Shown here: in pieces, positions 19,315 through 27,986 of the stretch | Position numbering within the stretch: position 1 is the first letter of the stretch | Layout of the letters: each line of letters begins with the position of its first letter | Assembly (NCBI GenBank): GCA_965213765.1 | Contig: OZ243926.1 | Location: forward strand, 3,481,627-3,545,626 | From: Rhodospirillales bacterium | Lineage (GTDB): Bacteria; Pseudomonadota; Alphaproteobacteria; Rhodospirillales; UBA2165 | Direction of reading: 5' to 3' | DNA: 64,000 nucleotides | Translations under genes and position numbers: made by a program | Notes under the pieces: model-generated | The model's database searches: none | Seen by the model: the letters and a program-made list of their open reading frames with translations, nothing else | Told to the model about the DNA's origin: nothing

Positions 19315-20174
19315 AAGTCGCCGCCGCCGGAGAAAAACCCGGCGATCGGCCGCATCAGCCAGACCTCGGTATTCACCGGCAGTTTGTCGCGGCGCACGTC
19401 GATGGAACTGGCGCCGAGAAGCCTGACGGCGTAGCGGTCCTTGACCCGTTCGGCGAACTCCATGGCCAGACCCATGCTGAAGAAGTGCATGGGGACGATC
19501 ACCCTCGGCTTGAGTTCACCCAAGTTGTGGAGAATTTCCTCGATGCTCTGCGTGACCCGTCGATCGACCGGCATCAGGACCACGTCGATGCGGCCCATCG
19601 CCTGAAGCTGCCCGGCATTCAGCGCGTGCCGCATATGGCCCATGTGGGCGATGCAGAGTCCCCCCATTTGGAAGACGAAGATCGAGCTGTCATTGGTCGC
19701 GCGACCGCTGAAATCGGAGATATTGGTCGGGATGTTGTAGACCCGGACATCCTTCAACCGGATGTCGTGGCGCGGCAGGCCGGTACCGGTGTCCCAGCCG
19801 CGGAGCACGTGCTTCACGCCCGGGTCGACATTGTAGGAGGAGTGGTTGCCGCGATTGATATTCATGGTCGCGATATCGGGCGGGGTGCGCGGCGGGTAAT
19901 TGTCGTTGTAGTCGGTAACGGCCCGGACGCCCCGGGGCGAGCGGAGATCGAACGATGCGTGTCCGATATAGGTTAGCCGCACTTGGTTGGCCGTTACGTC
20001 GGCGGGCCTAAAACCAGCCTGATGAAGCAGGGGATGGGCGTTGTGAACAAAGCCGACGCCGCAAGGGAACTTGGGCTGCGGCTTTTGAACAAGTTGCTGA
20101 CCGTTTGCCGAACCTCCCGCCAGAACGGCGGCTCCGACGATTGTGGCGAATATGAACGAACCGGCGCGTATCAT
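19311..20174 (-). CDS. Secreted MBL-fold metallo-hydrolase
   Basis: ORF-track 287 aa. N-terminal signal-like MIRAGSFIFATIVGAAVLAGGSANG. LTYIGHASFDL and later H/D-rich segments resemble MBL-fold proteins. Shares the CTAG stop with the LOG gene. Confidence 0.65.
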   Translation of the reverse strand: MIRAGSFIFATIVGAAVLAGGSANGQQLVQKPQPKFPCGVGFVHNAHPLLHQAGFRPADVTANQVRLTYIGHASFDLRSPRGVRAVTDYNDNYPPRTPPDIATMNINRGNHSSYNVDPGVKHVLRGWDTGTGLPRHDIRLKDVRVYNIPTNISDFSGRATNDSSIFVFQMGGLCIAHMGHMRHALNAGQLQAMGRIDVVLMPVDRRVTQSIEEILHNLGELKPRVIVPMHFFSMGLAMEFAERVKDRYAVRLLGASSIDVRRDKLPVNTEVWLMRPIAGFFSGGGDF

Positions 20175-20185
20175 GATATTCCCCT

Positions 20186-20239
20186 TTTCAGCCCCATTTC
20201 AGCCCCATTTCAGCCCCATTTCAGCCCCATTTCAGCCCA
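20186..20239. repeat. Tandem repeat, 11-bp unit TTTCAGCCCCA, four perfect units plus one 10-bp partial unit
   Basis: Read directly: units at 20186, 20197, 20208 and 20219 (perfect) and 20230 (TTTCAGCCCA). The array ends 12 bp upstream of the MBL-hydrolase ATG (20174, minus strand). Confidence 0.95.
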
Positions 20240-20266
20240 TGGCCTGATATTCAGGTTTAACAGCCA

Positions 20267-20605
20267 TCAAATCACGATTCCGTCGATGGTGACACGGGAA
20301 TCGGGATCGTCGATATCGATGATCCAGATGTCGGGGTCAAAATCGGCTTGTTTTTCAAGGATTTCAGGGAGGTCCTCATTCTCGGCAAGCCGGCGCTCCG
20401 ACCATTCGAGGGCGCCGTCGAGATTGCGCACCTCGCTAAGGATGCTCGGGCGTCCCTCCCGCCGGTCGATGACGATCAACAGCGCGCCTGCGTCGCCGTC
20501 GCCGCTGCGCCGGACCACGGCGCTGATGTTCTGCCGGTCGAAATGGCGGATCAGCGCTTGGACCCGAATCCGCGACTTGAGGCGATCGGTTTCCCAGCCG
20601 CTCAA
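20267..20605 (-). CDS. DUF1491-family protein (alphaproteobacterial, unknown function)
   Basis: ORF-track 112 aa: RLKSRIRVQALIRHF...AGALLIVID...FDPDIWIIDIDD, which resembles my recollection of DUF1491 family sequences. Confidence 0.55.
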   Translation of the reverse strand: MSGWETDRLKSRIRVQALIRHFDRQNISAVVRRSGDGDAGALLIVIDRREGRPSILSEVRNLDGALEWSERRLAENEDLPEILEKQADFDPDIWIIDIDDPDSRVTIDGIVI

Positions 20606-20608
20606 GAC

Positions 20609-21511
20609 CTAGGCGGCCGACGCCGCGTCAACATCGGACTTGCCGACGAGCTTGTCGTAATCGGCCATCAGGGTCTGGGTGATCTCGCCAACGGCAAAGG
20701 TTTGATCATCGATGGCGCCGACGGGCGTCACCTCGGCGGCGGTGCCGGTCACGAACACCTGTTCGGCGGCGCCGATTTCCTCCGGCATGATACGCCGCTC
20801 GATGATTTCATAGCCCCGTTTCTCCGCCAGTTCGATGACCGAGCGGCGGGTGATGCCGTCGAGGAAACAGTCCGGCGTCGGCGTATGGATTTTGCCGTCC
20901 TCCATGACGAAGAAGATGTTGGCGCCGGTGCATTCGGCGACCCGGCCCTGCCAATCGAGCATCAGGGCGTCATCGTAGCCTTCGGCTTCGGCAGCGTGCT
21001 TCGACATGGTGCATATCATGTAGAGCCCGGCCGCCTTGGCGTGCACCGGGGCCGTATCGGGCGCCGGACGCCGCCATTCGGTGGTCTTCAGCCGGATACC
21101 CTTCATCCGCGCCTCGGGCGAGAAATAGGATGGCCAGTCCCACACCGCGATCGCCAAGTGGATTTTGGTGGTCTGCGCCGAAACACCCATCATCTCACTG
21201 CCGCGCCACGCAACCGGCCGCACGTAGCCCTCGACGATATTATTGGCCTCGCAACACCGGATGCAGGCAGCGTTGATTTCTTCGGCCGAGTACGGGATCT
21301 CAAAACCCAGTATGCGGCCTGAACGAATCAGCCGTTCCGTATGCTCGGTGAGTTTGAAAATTTTGCCGCCGTAAACCCGGTCTCCCTCGAAGACGCAGGA
21401 GGCGTAATGAAGGGCGTGTGAGAGGATGTGGAGATTGGCGCTTCGCCATTCCACCATTTCGCCGTCGTACCAGATGAGGCCGTCGCGGTCGTCAAACGTA
21501 GAGCCAGCCAT
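20609..21511 (-). CDS. ilvE: Branched-chain amino acid aminotransferase
   Basis: ORF-track 300 aa. Class IV aminotransferase: HYASCVFEGDRVY...KAAGLYMICTMSKH...GTAAEVTPV. Confidence 0.9.
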   Translation of the reverse strand: MAGSTFDDRDGLIWYDGEMVEWRSANLHILSHALHYASCVFEGDRVYGGKIFKLTEHTERLIRSGRILGFEIPYSAEEINAACIRCCEANNIVEGYVRPVAWRGSEMMGVSAQTTKIHLAIAVWDWPSYFSPEARMKGIRLKTTEWRRPAPDTAPVHAKAAGLYMICTMSKHAAEAEGYDDALMLDWQGRVAECTGANIFFVMEDGKIHTPTPDCFLDGITRRSVIELAEKRGYEIIERRIMPEEIGAAEQVFVTGTAAEVTPVGAIDDQTFAVGEITQTLMADYDKLVGKSDVDAASAA

Positions 21512-21576
21512 GAAATTATCTTTCTAAGTCAACTTAATCGCAGAAATCATATTGCGTTTTTTAACAATCCCTGGCA

Positions 21577-21601
21577 TATATGTCAATAACACTGACATAT
21601 A
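21577..21601. promoter_or_regulatory. Candidate MarR operator: inverted repeat TATATGTCA-N7-TGACATATA
   Basis: Perfect 9-bp arms at 21577-21585 and 21593-21601 in the AT-rich ilvE/marR divergent intergenic region, about 42 bp upstream of the MarR ATG. Confidence 0.4.
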
Positions 21602-21642
21602 ATTTCGGCTTTGATTTAACCGGACGGTTTCATAGGCGCCCC

Positions 21643-22128
21643 ATGGATACTCCGCTCACCGATCAACCGGACGACGCCGCGCCCAATGCCGAGGAGGAAT
21701 TGCGGGCGGGTATGGAGCACCTGTTCTTCGCCTACCGCGATTTCATCGCCCAGCCGGACCGGATCCTGACCGAGTACGGTTTCGGGCGTGCCCATCACCG
21801 GGTCATTTTCTTCGTCGGCCGGTACCCGGGCATGGCGGTGCGCCAACTCCTGGATATTCTCCAGATCACCAAACAGAGCTTGTCGCGGGTACTAAGTCAG
21901 CTGATTCGGGAAGGATATGTGGAACAGCGCCAGGGTGAGACCGACCGCCGGCAACGCCGTCTTTATCTGACCAGGCAAGGGACCGAACTCGAGCGCCGCC
22001 TGTCGGAGGATCAGCGCCGGCGTTTCGCCCGCGCCTACGGCACCGCGGGACCGGAGGCGGTTCGGGGGTTTCGCACCGTTCTCGACCTGATGATCTCCGG
22101 GCCGCCGAAGGGAGGCGGCGGAGGCTAG
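21643..22128 (+). CDS. MarR-family transcriptional regulator
   Basis: ORF-track 21580..22128 trimmed to the ATG at 21643. Winged-helix segment LLDILQITKQSLSRVLSQLIREGYVEQRQGETDRRQRRLYLT. Confidence 0.8.
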   Translation: MDTPLTDQPDDAAPNAEEELRAGMEHLFFAYRDFIAQPDRILTEYGFGRAHHRVIFFVGRYPGMAVRQLLDILQITKQSLSRVLSQLIREGYVEQRQGETDRRQRRLYLTRQGTELERRLSEDQRRRFARAYGTAGPEAVRGFRTVLDLMISGPPKGGGGG

Positions 22129-22349
22129 ATGGGCGCTCCTTTTCTCCGGGTTCTCCATGTCGACGTCGGGGTGCTGTTCGTTCCGCTGTTGGCCGCCGGG
22201 TTGGCATCCGGCAATTGGATATTTGGCCCAAAGTCCGGCGCTCTCAATCTTCCGCGCAAGGTTTCCCGAACCTGCGATACCGCGGGTCTCTATGCCAAAC
22301 TGAGAGACCATCTTTGAGTCCCGTCAACGGGGATGATCTATAGTGAGCC

Positions 22350-23033
22350 ATGGGCCTCGACAGTAATCATATTTTGGTCGTCGACGACGACAACCGGCTG
22401 CGGGAATTGCTTCACCAATACCTGAGTGATGCGGGGTTCCGCGTGACGGCGGCCGAAAGTGCCGAAGACGCCCGGCACAAGATGGAAAGCCTCGCCTTCG
22501 ATCTTGTTGTGCTCGATTGGATGATGCCCGGCGAGGACGGGGTCGAATTTGCCGCTTCCTTGCGCGAACTGGGACGCACGCCGATCCTGATGTTGACGGC
22601 GCGTGGAGAGGCGGATGACCGGATTGCCGGTCTCGAAGCGGGGGTCGATGACTATCTCGCCAAACCCTTCGAGCCGCGGGAACTGGTGCTGAGAATCGAA
22701 AGCATCCTGCGCCGCTTTCCCGCCGATACCGAGGTGCCGACGGAAACCCGGATGGGCGCTGTGGTGTTCGATCATCGCCGCGAGGAACTTCGGCGTGGCA
22801 CATCGACGATCCGTCTTACGGCCTCGGAGGGCAGGCTGCTCAAAGCCCTGGCGGAGAATCCGGGGTCCGTCTTCAGCCGGGCCGAACTGGCCAAACGATT
22901 CACCCCGGGCGGCGGCGACCGGGCCATCGACGTCCAGGTCAATCGGCTGAGACGTAAAATCGAGCCGGAGCCGCGGACCCCAAGGTATCTTCAAACCGTT
23001 CGCGGAAAAGGGTATGTTTTGCGCCCCGATTGA
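22350..23033 (+). CDS. OmpR-family two-component response regulator
   Basis: ORF-track 227 aa. Receiver HILVVDDD...VVLDWMMPGEDG...YLAKPF. Winged helix YLQTVRGKGYVL. Confidence 0.9.
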   Translation: MGLDSNHILVVDDDNRLRELLHQYLSDAGFRVTAAESAEDARHKMESLAFDLVVLDWMMPGEDGVEFAASLRELGRTPILMLTARGEADDRIAGLEAGVDDYLAKPFEPRELVLRIESILRRFPADTEVPTETRMGAVVFDHRREELRRGTSTIRLTASEGRLLKALAENPGSVFSRAELAKRFTPGGGDRAIDVQVNRLRRKIEPEPRTPRYLQTVRGKGYVLRPD

Positions 23034-23060
23034 AGCGGTGACGCTTAGGAGAGGCCAAAC

Positions 23061-24368
23061 GTGATCAAGCGGTTTCTGCCTCGAAGCCTGCTCGGCAGAT
23101 CGGTGCTCATCATCGTGACGCCCCTGATTTTGCTGCAGGTCGTTTCGGCGGCGGTATTCTGGGAGAACCACTGGGACAAGGTGAGCGTGCGCCTTGCGCG
23201 CAACCTTGCCGGCGATATCAGCGCGCTGATTTTGCTGCTGCGGGAACGGGATCAACCGCCCGGTCGAAACAACACCGTCGGCATGGCAGCCCGAACCATG
23301 GGCCTGAACATCAACATGCGGCCTGGCGAAATTCTCGCCAATGCTCCGGCCAAAGTATCAAGCGGCTTTATCGAAAGCGTGTTGTTCGAGGCTTTGGATG
23401 AGGTGGTGAAGAAGCCGTTCGTCATCGACATGGAAGCCGTTGACCGCCATGTGCTGGTTTCCATACAACTCCAGGACGGGATTCTGGACATCGTCGCCAG
23501 CCGCAAGCGGCTGTTTAGCTCGACCACTTATGTGTTCGTCCTGTGGATGGTGGGCACGTCGCTGATCCTGTTCGCCGTCGCCATCATCTTTATGCGCAAT
23601 CAGGTGCGGCCGATCCGGCGTCTGGCGACGGCCGCGGATAGCTTCGGCAAGGGCCGGGACGCCCCAAATTTCAAGCCCGAGGGCGCTGCCGAGGTGCGGC
23701 GGGCGGCGTCGGCGTTCCTCGCCATGCGGGACCGGATTCAGCGCAATATCGCGCAGCGGACGGACATGTTGTCCGGCGTATCACACGATCTCCGGACGCC
23801 GTTGACACGGATGAAACTGCAATTGGCGATGCTCAAGGACAGCCAGGCGGCGGCGGACCTCAAGGAGGACGTCGCCGAGATGGAGCATATGCTGGAGGGT
23901 TACCTTGCCTTTGCCCGCGGCGAGGGTGACGAAGCCCCGGAACTTACCGACATCGGCGGCATGCTCGACGATGTGGTCGGGCAATCCCGGCGCAAAGGCG
24001 CCGCCGTCGACCTCCATACCGAGGGCGATATACAGGTCGCGGTGCGGCCGAATGCGTTCAAGCGCTGCGTCACCAACCTGGTCGAAAACGCCGGACGCTA
24101 CGGAGAGCACGTCTCGGTGCGGGCGGGCCAGCGCGGCGAGACCATAGAGATCACCATCGACGATGACGGTCCCGGCATTCCCGAGGATCAGCGGGGCGAC
24201 GCGTTCAAGCCGTTCTTCCGGCTCGATAATTCGCGGAACACCGGTACGGGCGGCGTCGGGTTGGGGTTGTCGATCGCCCGGGATGTGATCCGAGGGCACG
24301 GCGGTGATATCGATCTCGATCAATCGCCCTCGGGCGGTCTGCGCGCCCGGGTTATTCTGCCGATCTAG
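23061..24368 (+). CDS. EnvZ-like sensor histidine kinase (2 TM, HAMP, HisKA, HATPase)
   Basis: ORF-track 435 aa, GTG start. H-box SGVSHDLRTPLTRM, N-box NLVENAGRYG, G-boxes DDDGPGIP and GTGGVGLGLSIA. Confidence 0.85.
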   Translation: MIKRFLPRSLLGRSVLIIVTPLILLQVVSAAVFWENHWDKVSVRLARNLAGDISALILLLRERDQPPGRNNTVGMAARTMGLNINMRPGEILANAPAKVSSGFIESVLFEALDEVVKKPFVIDMEAVDRHVLVSIQLQDGILDIVASRKRLFSSTTYVFVLWMVGTSLILFAVAIIFMRNQVRPIRRLATAADSFGKGRDAPNFKPEGAAEVRRAASAFLAMRDRIQRNIAQRTDMLSGVSHDLRTPLTRMKLQLAMLKDSQAAADLKEDVAEMEHMLEGYLAFARGEGDEAPELTDIGGMLDDVVGQSRRKGAAVDLHTEGDIQVAVRPNAFKRCVTNLVENAGRYGEHVSVRAGQRGETIEITIDDDGPGIPEDQRGDAFKPFFRLDNSRNTGTGGVGLGLSIARDVIRGHGGDIDLDQSPSGGLRARVILPI

Positions 24369-24413
24369 AGCAGTTTCCGGCCAAATTGAACCGTTTGACC
24401 GGAAACTGCTCTA
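24366..24413. repeat. TAGAGC...GCTCTA palindromic element (copy P1), in terminator position between convergent genes
   Basis: TAGAGCAGTTTCCGG-N18-CCGGAAACTGCTCTA, 15-bp perfect arms. The first TAG is the envZ-like stop codon. Near-identical arms recur at 46568-46612. Confidence 0.7.
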
Positions 24414-24423
24414 AATTCTCAAG

Positions 24424-24762
24424 TCAGAAGAGTCGGCCTCCGAGCGGGACCTCATGGTCGGCGCCGATCAGCACCACTTCGCCCTCTTCGTCCGGAACCC
24501 CCAGGACCAGGCATTGCGACATCATCGGCCCGATCTGCTTGGGCGGAAAGTTGATCACCGCCAGGACCATTCGCCCGATCAGCTTCCCGGGCTCGTAATA
24601 CTTGGTGATCTGCGCCGACGATTTCCGGGTGCCGATCTCGGGACCGAAATCGAGCTCCAGAATGATGGCCGGTTTGCGCGCCTCGGGGAACGGCTGAGCG
24701 TCAATCACCTTGCCGACGCGGATATCGACTTTCAGGAAATCGTCGTAGGTAATATCGGACAT
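24424..24762 (-). CDS. csaA: tRNA-binding chaperone CsaA (EMAP/Myf-like OB fold)
   Basis: ORF-track 24424..24852 trimmed to the ATG at 24762 (MSDITYDDFLKVDIRVGKVIDAQPFPEARKPA...). Confidence 0.8.
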   Translation of the reverse strand: MSDITYDDFLKVDIRVGKVIDAQPFPEARKPAIILELDFGPEIGTRKSSAQITKYYEPGKLIGRMVLAVINFPPKQIGPMMSQCLVLGVPDEEGEVVLIGADHEVPLGGRLF

Positions 24763-24775
24763 GCCGCCGGCGCGC

Positions 24776-25393
24776 TCAGGTCTCCTGGGCGGCGTTGGTG
24801 CGCGGCCGCCGGAACGGTCCCTTTTCGAGCATGCCGGCCCACTGGCCGGCACGCCGGAGATTCTTGTCCAGCGCCGCCATGGTCGGTGCGAGATCGTCCG
24901 TCTCGTCGGTCACCCAGATTCGCGCTGTCGCCAAGTAGACCCCGATCAGCCCATTGATCTTGAGCCGGCCGAGGCGGCCTCCCGTATTCACCGGCGCCGC
25001 ATCGAGGGCCATCCGCATAGAGCCTGCGAGGCCGCAGGCGCCCGCCAGCGTTGCCTTGGGGTCAATGTCGACGGTACCGCGCAGCATCGAGAGAATGGCC
25101 GCCTTGTTGGGTTGCAGCGCATCGAACCGGGCCATCAGAAGCTCGAAGAGCCGGTCGCGAACCGTCTCCTCGGGGTCCGGCTTCCCCGCCGATTTGACCA
25201 TGGCCTCGTCGATCATCGAATTAATTCCGCCGAGAATTGCCGATTTCGACCGGAATTCCTTGGTGAGGGTGTCCATCTTGACATTGGCTTCCCCGGCAAT
25301 GTCGTCCATGCCGACGTCCCGCCACGGCGTGTCCGCCGCCAGCTTGAGCGCCGCCGTGATGATCCTGTTTCGGGGTGACGGCCGTTTCGCCAT
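24776..25393 (-). CDS. TetR/AcrR-family transcriptional regulator
   Basis: ORF-track 24776..25453 trimmed to the ATG at 25393. N-terminal HTH-like RNRIITAALKLAADTPWRDVGMDDIAGEANV. Confidence 0.6.
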   Translation of the reverse strand: MAKRPSPRNRIITAALKLAADTPWRDVGMDDIAGEANVKMDTLTKEFRSKSAILGGINSMIDEAMVKSAGKPDPEETVRDRLFELLMARFDALQPNKAAILSMLRGTVDIDPKATLAGACGLAGSMRMALDAAPVNTGGRLGRLKINGLIGVYLATARIWVTDETDDLAPTMAALDKNLRRAGQWAGMLEKGPFRRPRTNAAQET

Positions 25394-25583
25394 TTTTCCG
25401 AACCCTGGTGCTGTTTCGACGACCCACTCTATCGCGTATTCCGGGGGGCACAAAGCATTCCCATGCCGGCATCGGTTGGACGCGCGGATTGCCTCAATTT
25501 CCTATTGGGGTTGGCGGCGGAACGGCGATATGATCCCCGACTTGAGGAGGAGGCGGGCCCGTTTGACGGTCCGGTATCAGGTC

Positions 25584-26435
25584 ATGACGCGTGATCGCCG
25601 ATCCCTGCTGAATACTGACCGCGCCACCGCGCCGCTGGAACGCGAAGAGGAGCGCCGCCTCGCACGCTTGGCCGGCGAGGGGGATTCGGATGCCATCGAC
25701 CGGCTGATTACCAGCCATGTCCGGTTCGTCGCCAAGATCGCCGCCAACTACCGGCAATCCGGGGTTCCCATGTCCGATCTGGTGCAGGAGGGCATGGTCG
25801 GCCTGATCCAGGCGGTGAAACGGTTCAACCCCGACAAGGACGTCCGGCTTTCGACTTACGCGGCGTGGTGGATCCGCGCCGCTATCCAGGATCACGTGGT
25901 GCGTTCCTGGTCGCTGGTGCGGCTCGGCACAAGCTCAGCCCAAAAGTCGCTTTTCTTGAACCTGCGCCGCATGACTTCGGATCTGATTGACGGTGCTGAC
26001 GCCCTCGGTGAGGACATCGTGAACAGGCTCGCCGAACGCTTCGAGACCACCGCCGCCGAGGTGCGCGGGCTTGCCCGCCGGGTCGCCCAGCGGGATCAGT
26101 CGCTTGATGGCAGGACTGGTGACGAGACCGGACGGTCGTGGCTCGACGCGCTGGTGTCTCCCGAGGCATCGGCCGAAGACCGGCTGGCCGAGGAGGGCGA
26201 TGCGAAGACGCTCAACGATTTGTTGGCCAAGGCGCTTGAAATGCTGCCCGACCGGGAGCGGTTCATTATCCGCCGCCGCTACCTGGACGAGGCGCGCCAC
26301 ACCCTTGCCGCGCTGGGCAAGGAACTGAACCTCTCCAAGGACAGGGTCCGGCAATTGGAGGCCAAGGGTTTGGAGATGCTGCGCGAGTTTCTGGAACCGG
26401 CCATCGCCGAGGCCAACGTCCGGCTCCCCAAATAA
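25584..26435 (+). CDS. rpoH: RNA polymerase sigma-32 (heat-shock sigma factor)
   Basis: Tail of ORF-track 24954..26435. ATG at 25584 (alternative ATG at 25530). Region 2 DLVQEGMVGLIQAVKRFNP...STYAAWWIRAAI. RpoH-box-like QKSLFLNLRR. Confidence 0.85.
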   Translation: MTRDRRSLLNTDRATAPLEREEERRLARLAGEGDSDAIDRLITSHVRFVAKIAANYRQSGVPMSDLVQEGMVGLIQAVKRFNPDKDVRLSTYAAWWIRAAIQDHVVRSWSLVRLGTSSAQKSLFLNLRRMTSDLIDGADALGEDIVNRLAERFETTAAEVRGLARRVAQRDQSLDGRTGDETGRSWLDALVSPEASAEDRLAEEGDAKTLNDLLAKALEMLPDRERFIIRRRYLDEARHTLAALGKELNLSKDRVRQLEAKGLEMLREFLEPAIAEANVRLPK

Positions 26436-26438
26436 CGT

Positions 26439-27236
26439 TTACCCGGCCAGTTCCCGGGAGCGTTCCGTCGCCCGCCGGATCGCTTCGGTGAGCAGCGGCT
26501 GCATGCCGTCATCGGCCATCAGGGCGCCGAGGGCCGCTTCGGTGGTGCCGCCCGGGCTGGTCACGTTCTCGCGCAGGGTCGCCGCCGGGGTGTCCGTCCG
26601 GTGCAGCATTTCGCCCGCCCCGGCTACCGTCGCCCGGGCGAGCTGCTGCGCCAAATCACCCGGGAGGCCGGCCGCCACGCCCGCCTCGGCCAGGCATTCG
26701 GCGAGCAGGAAGATATAGGCGGGTCCGCTGCCGGAGACGGCGGTCACCGGATCCAGGAGTGACTCGTCTTCGACCCAGGCCACCTCGCCGACGGCGGACA
26801 TGAGCCGTCCGGCCGTCTCGCGCGCCATGGCCGATGTCCGTTCGTTGGCGCAGAGCACCGAGATGCCGCGCCCGATGGCGGCCGGGGTGTTGGGCATGGC
26901 CCGGATAACCGCCGGCGATCCGCCGATCAGGCCGCTCAGTTTGCCAATCGTCGTCCCCGCAACGATGGAGAGCGTGGCGGCGTCGGCGGCGAGGTTCGAG
27001 AACGCCGGTACCACGTCTTCGATTCCCTGTGGTTTCACCGCGATGATGATCATGTCGGGCTTGAACGCAGCGGGTATTTCCTTGGCCGAGCCGACGATAT
27101 CCGGCCCAAGCGCGGCGGCCGCCGGCGCCGGCGCCGGGTCGACGCCGACGACATCACCCGAACTCACACCGGTATCGAGCCAGCCGGCCAGGAGCGCGCC
27201 GCCCATGTTCCCACAGCCGACGAGTATGAGTTTCAT
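26439..27236 (-). CDS. proC: Pyrroline-5-carboxylate reductase
   Basis: ORF-track 265 aa: MKLILVGCGNMGGALLAGW...VIRAMPNTPAAIG...SPGGTT. Confidence 0.9.
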   Translation of the reverse strand: MKLILVGCGNMGGALLAGWLDTGVSSGDVVGVDPAPAPAAAALGPDIVGSAKEIPAAFKPDMIIIAVKPQGIEDVVPAFSNLAADAATLSIVAGTTIGKLSGLIGGSPAVIRAMPNTPAAIGRGISVLCANERTSAMARETAGRLMSAVGEVAWVEDESLLDPVTAVSGSGPAYIFLLAECLAEAGVAAGLPGDLAQQLARATVAGAGEMLHRTDTPAATLRENVTSPGGTTEAALGALMADDGMQPLLTEAIRRATERSRELAG

Positions 27237-27263
27237 GGCTTCATGGTTCCCGGGAGGCGCCGC

Positions 27264-27764
27264 CTAGGCTTCTCCCATGGGCTCGATCATCGAAGCCTCG
27301 ATGGCTTCGTCGGCCGGCTTGCCGCCCCAGATGACGTACTGGAAGGCGGGATAGAACCGCTCGCACTCGAAGACCGCCACGTCGAGCAGATCCTCAATCT
27401 GCTGTGAGGAAATGCTGGTGCCCCGGAGCAGCACCGCATGCCGGTACATGGGCATGCCCTCGTTGTTCCAAAGTCCGAAATGTCCCAACCAAAGGCGATC
27501 GTTGACCAGGGCCAGGAGCCGGTGAACCGAAGACTTGCGCGCCTCGGGCACCCGCATATCAAAGGCACAGGTGAAGTGGATGGCGTCGATTTCGGGCGAC
27601 CAGGCGAGATGGACGCCGTAGTCGCACCATTTGCCGCGGTGCTCGGCCGACACTTCGTCATCGCAGCTGCGATCAAAACGCCAGTTTTGCTCCTGCATCA
27701 CGTACTCGACGACATCCAGCGGATGAGAAGAGTATGTGGTTGTCTGTAGATCCAAATGTGCCAT
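27264..27764 (-). CDS. YbjN-domain protein
   Basis: ORF-track 27264..27827 trimmed to the ATG at 27764 (MAHLDLQTTTYSSHPLDVVEYVM...). Sits immediately upstream of proC. Confidence 0.65.
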   Translation of the reverse strand: MAHLDLQTTTYSSHPLDVVEYVMQEQNWRFDRSCDDEVSAEHRGKWCDYGVHLAWSPEIDAIHFTCAFDMRVPEARKSSVHRLLALVNDRLWLGHFGLWNNEGMPMYRHAVLLRGTSISSQQIEDLLDVAVFECERFYPAFQYVIWGGKPADEAIEASMIEPMGEA

Positions 27765-27986
27765 GGCGGAAGCCTTCCGGAAGCGGTGGCGCCTGCTGTT
27801 TCGAAGGACAGGTGAAACAGCCCCCATATATATGGTTAATACCTATATATAGGGGATGTGTGGCATCTCTCCTACAAGGGCTAGCCTGCCAGAAGGAATT
27901 GCGGCGCGCAACAAGAACCTCCGCGGGAGGCGCGGAAATCTGTGGATAATTGAAGCGGCGGACGATCCGGGCGCCTGTCCGGCCGG

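Noticed and set aside
20186-20239. Possible CRISPR array
   Set aside because: The units are 11 bp and directly abutting, with no spacers. No cas genes are present. This is a simple tandem repeat.
22129-22317. 62-aa ORF overlapping the MarR stop (TAGATG), with one hydrophobic segment
   Set aside because: Modest third-position GC and no recognisable family. The region also contains a 7-bp-stem hairpin (22285-22309), so it may simply be the marR 3' / ompR 5' untranslated region. Left unannotated.
27941-27949. Replication origin (perfect DnaA box here, DnaA-box-like TTATTCACA at 13055-13063, AT-rich tracts)
   Set aside because: These are single isolated boxes 15 kb apart. There is no box cluster and no typical origin-flanking genes.
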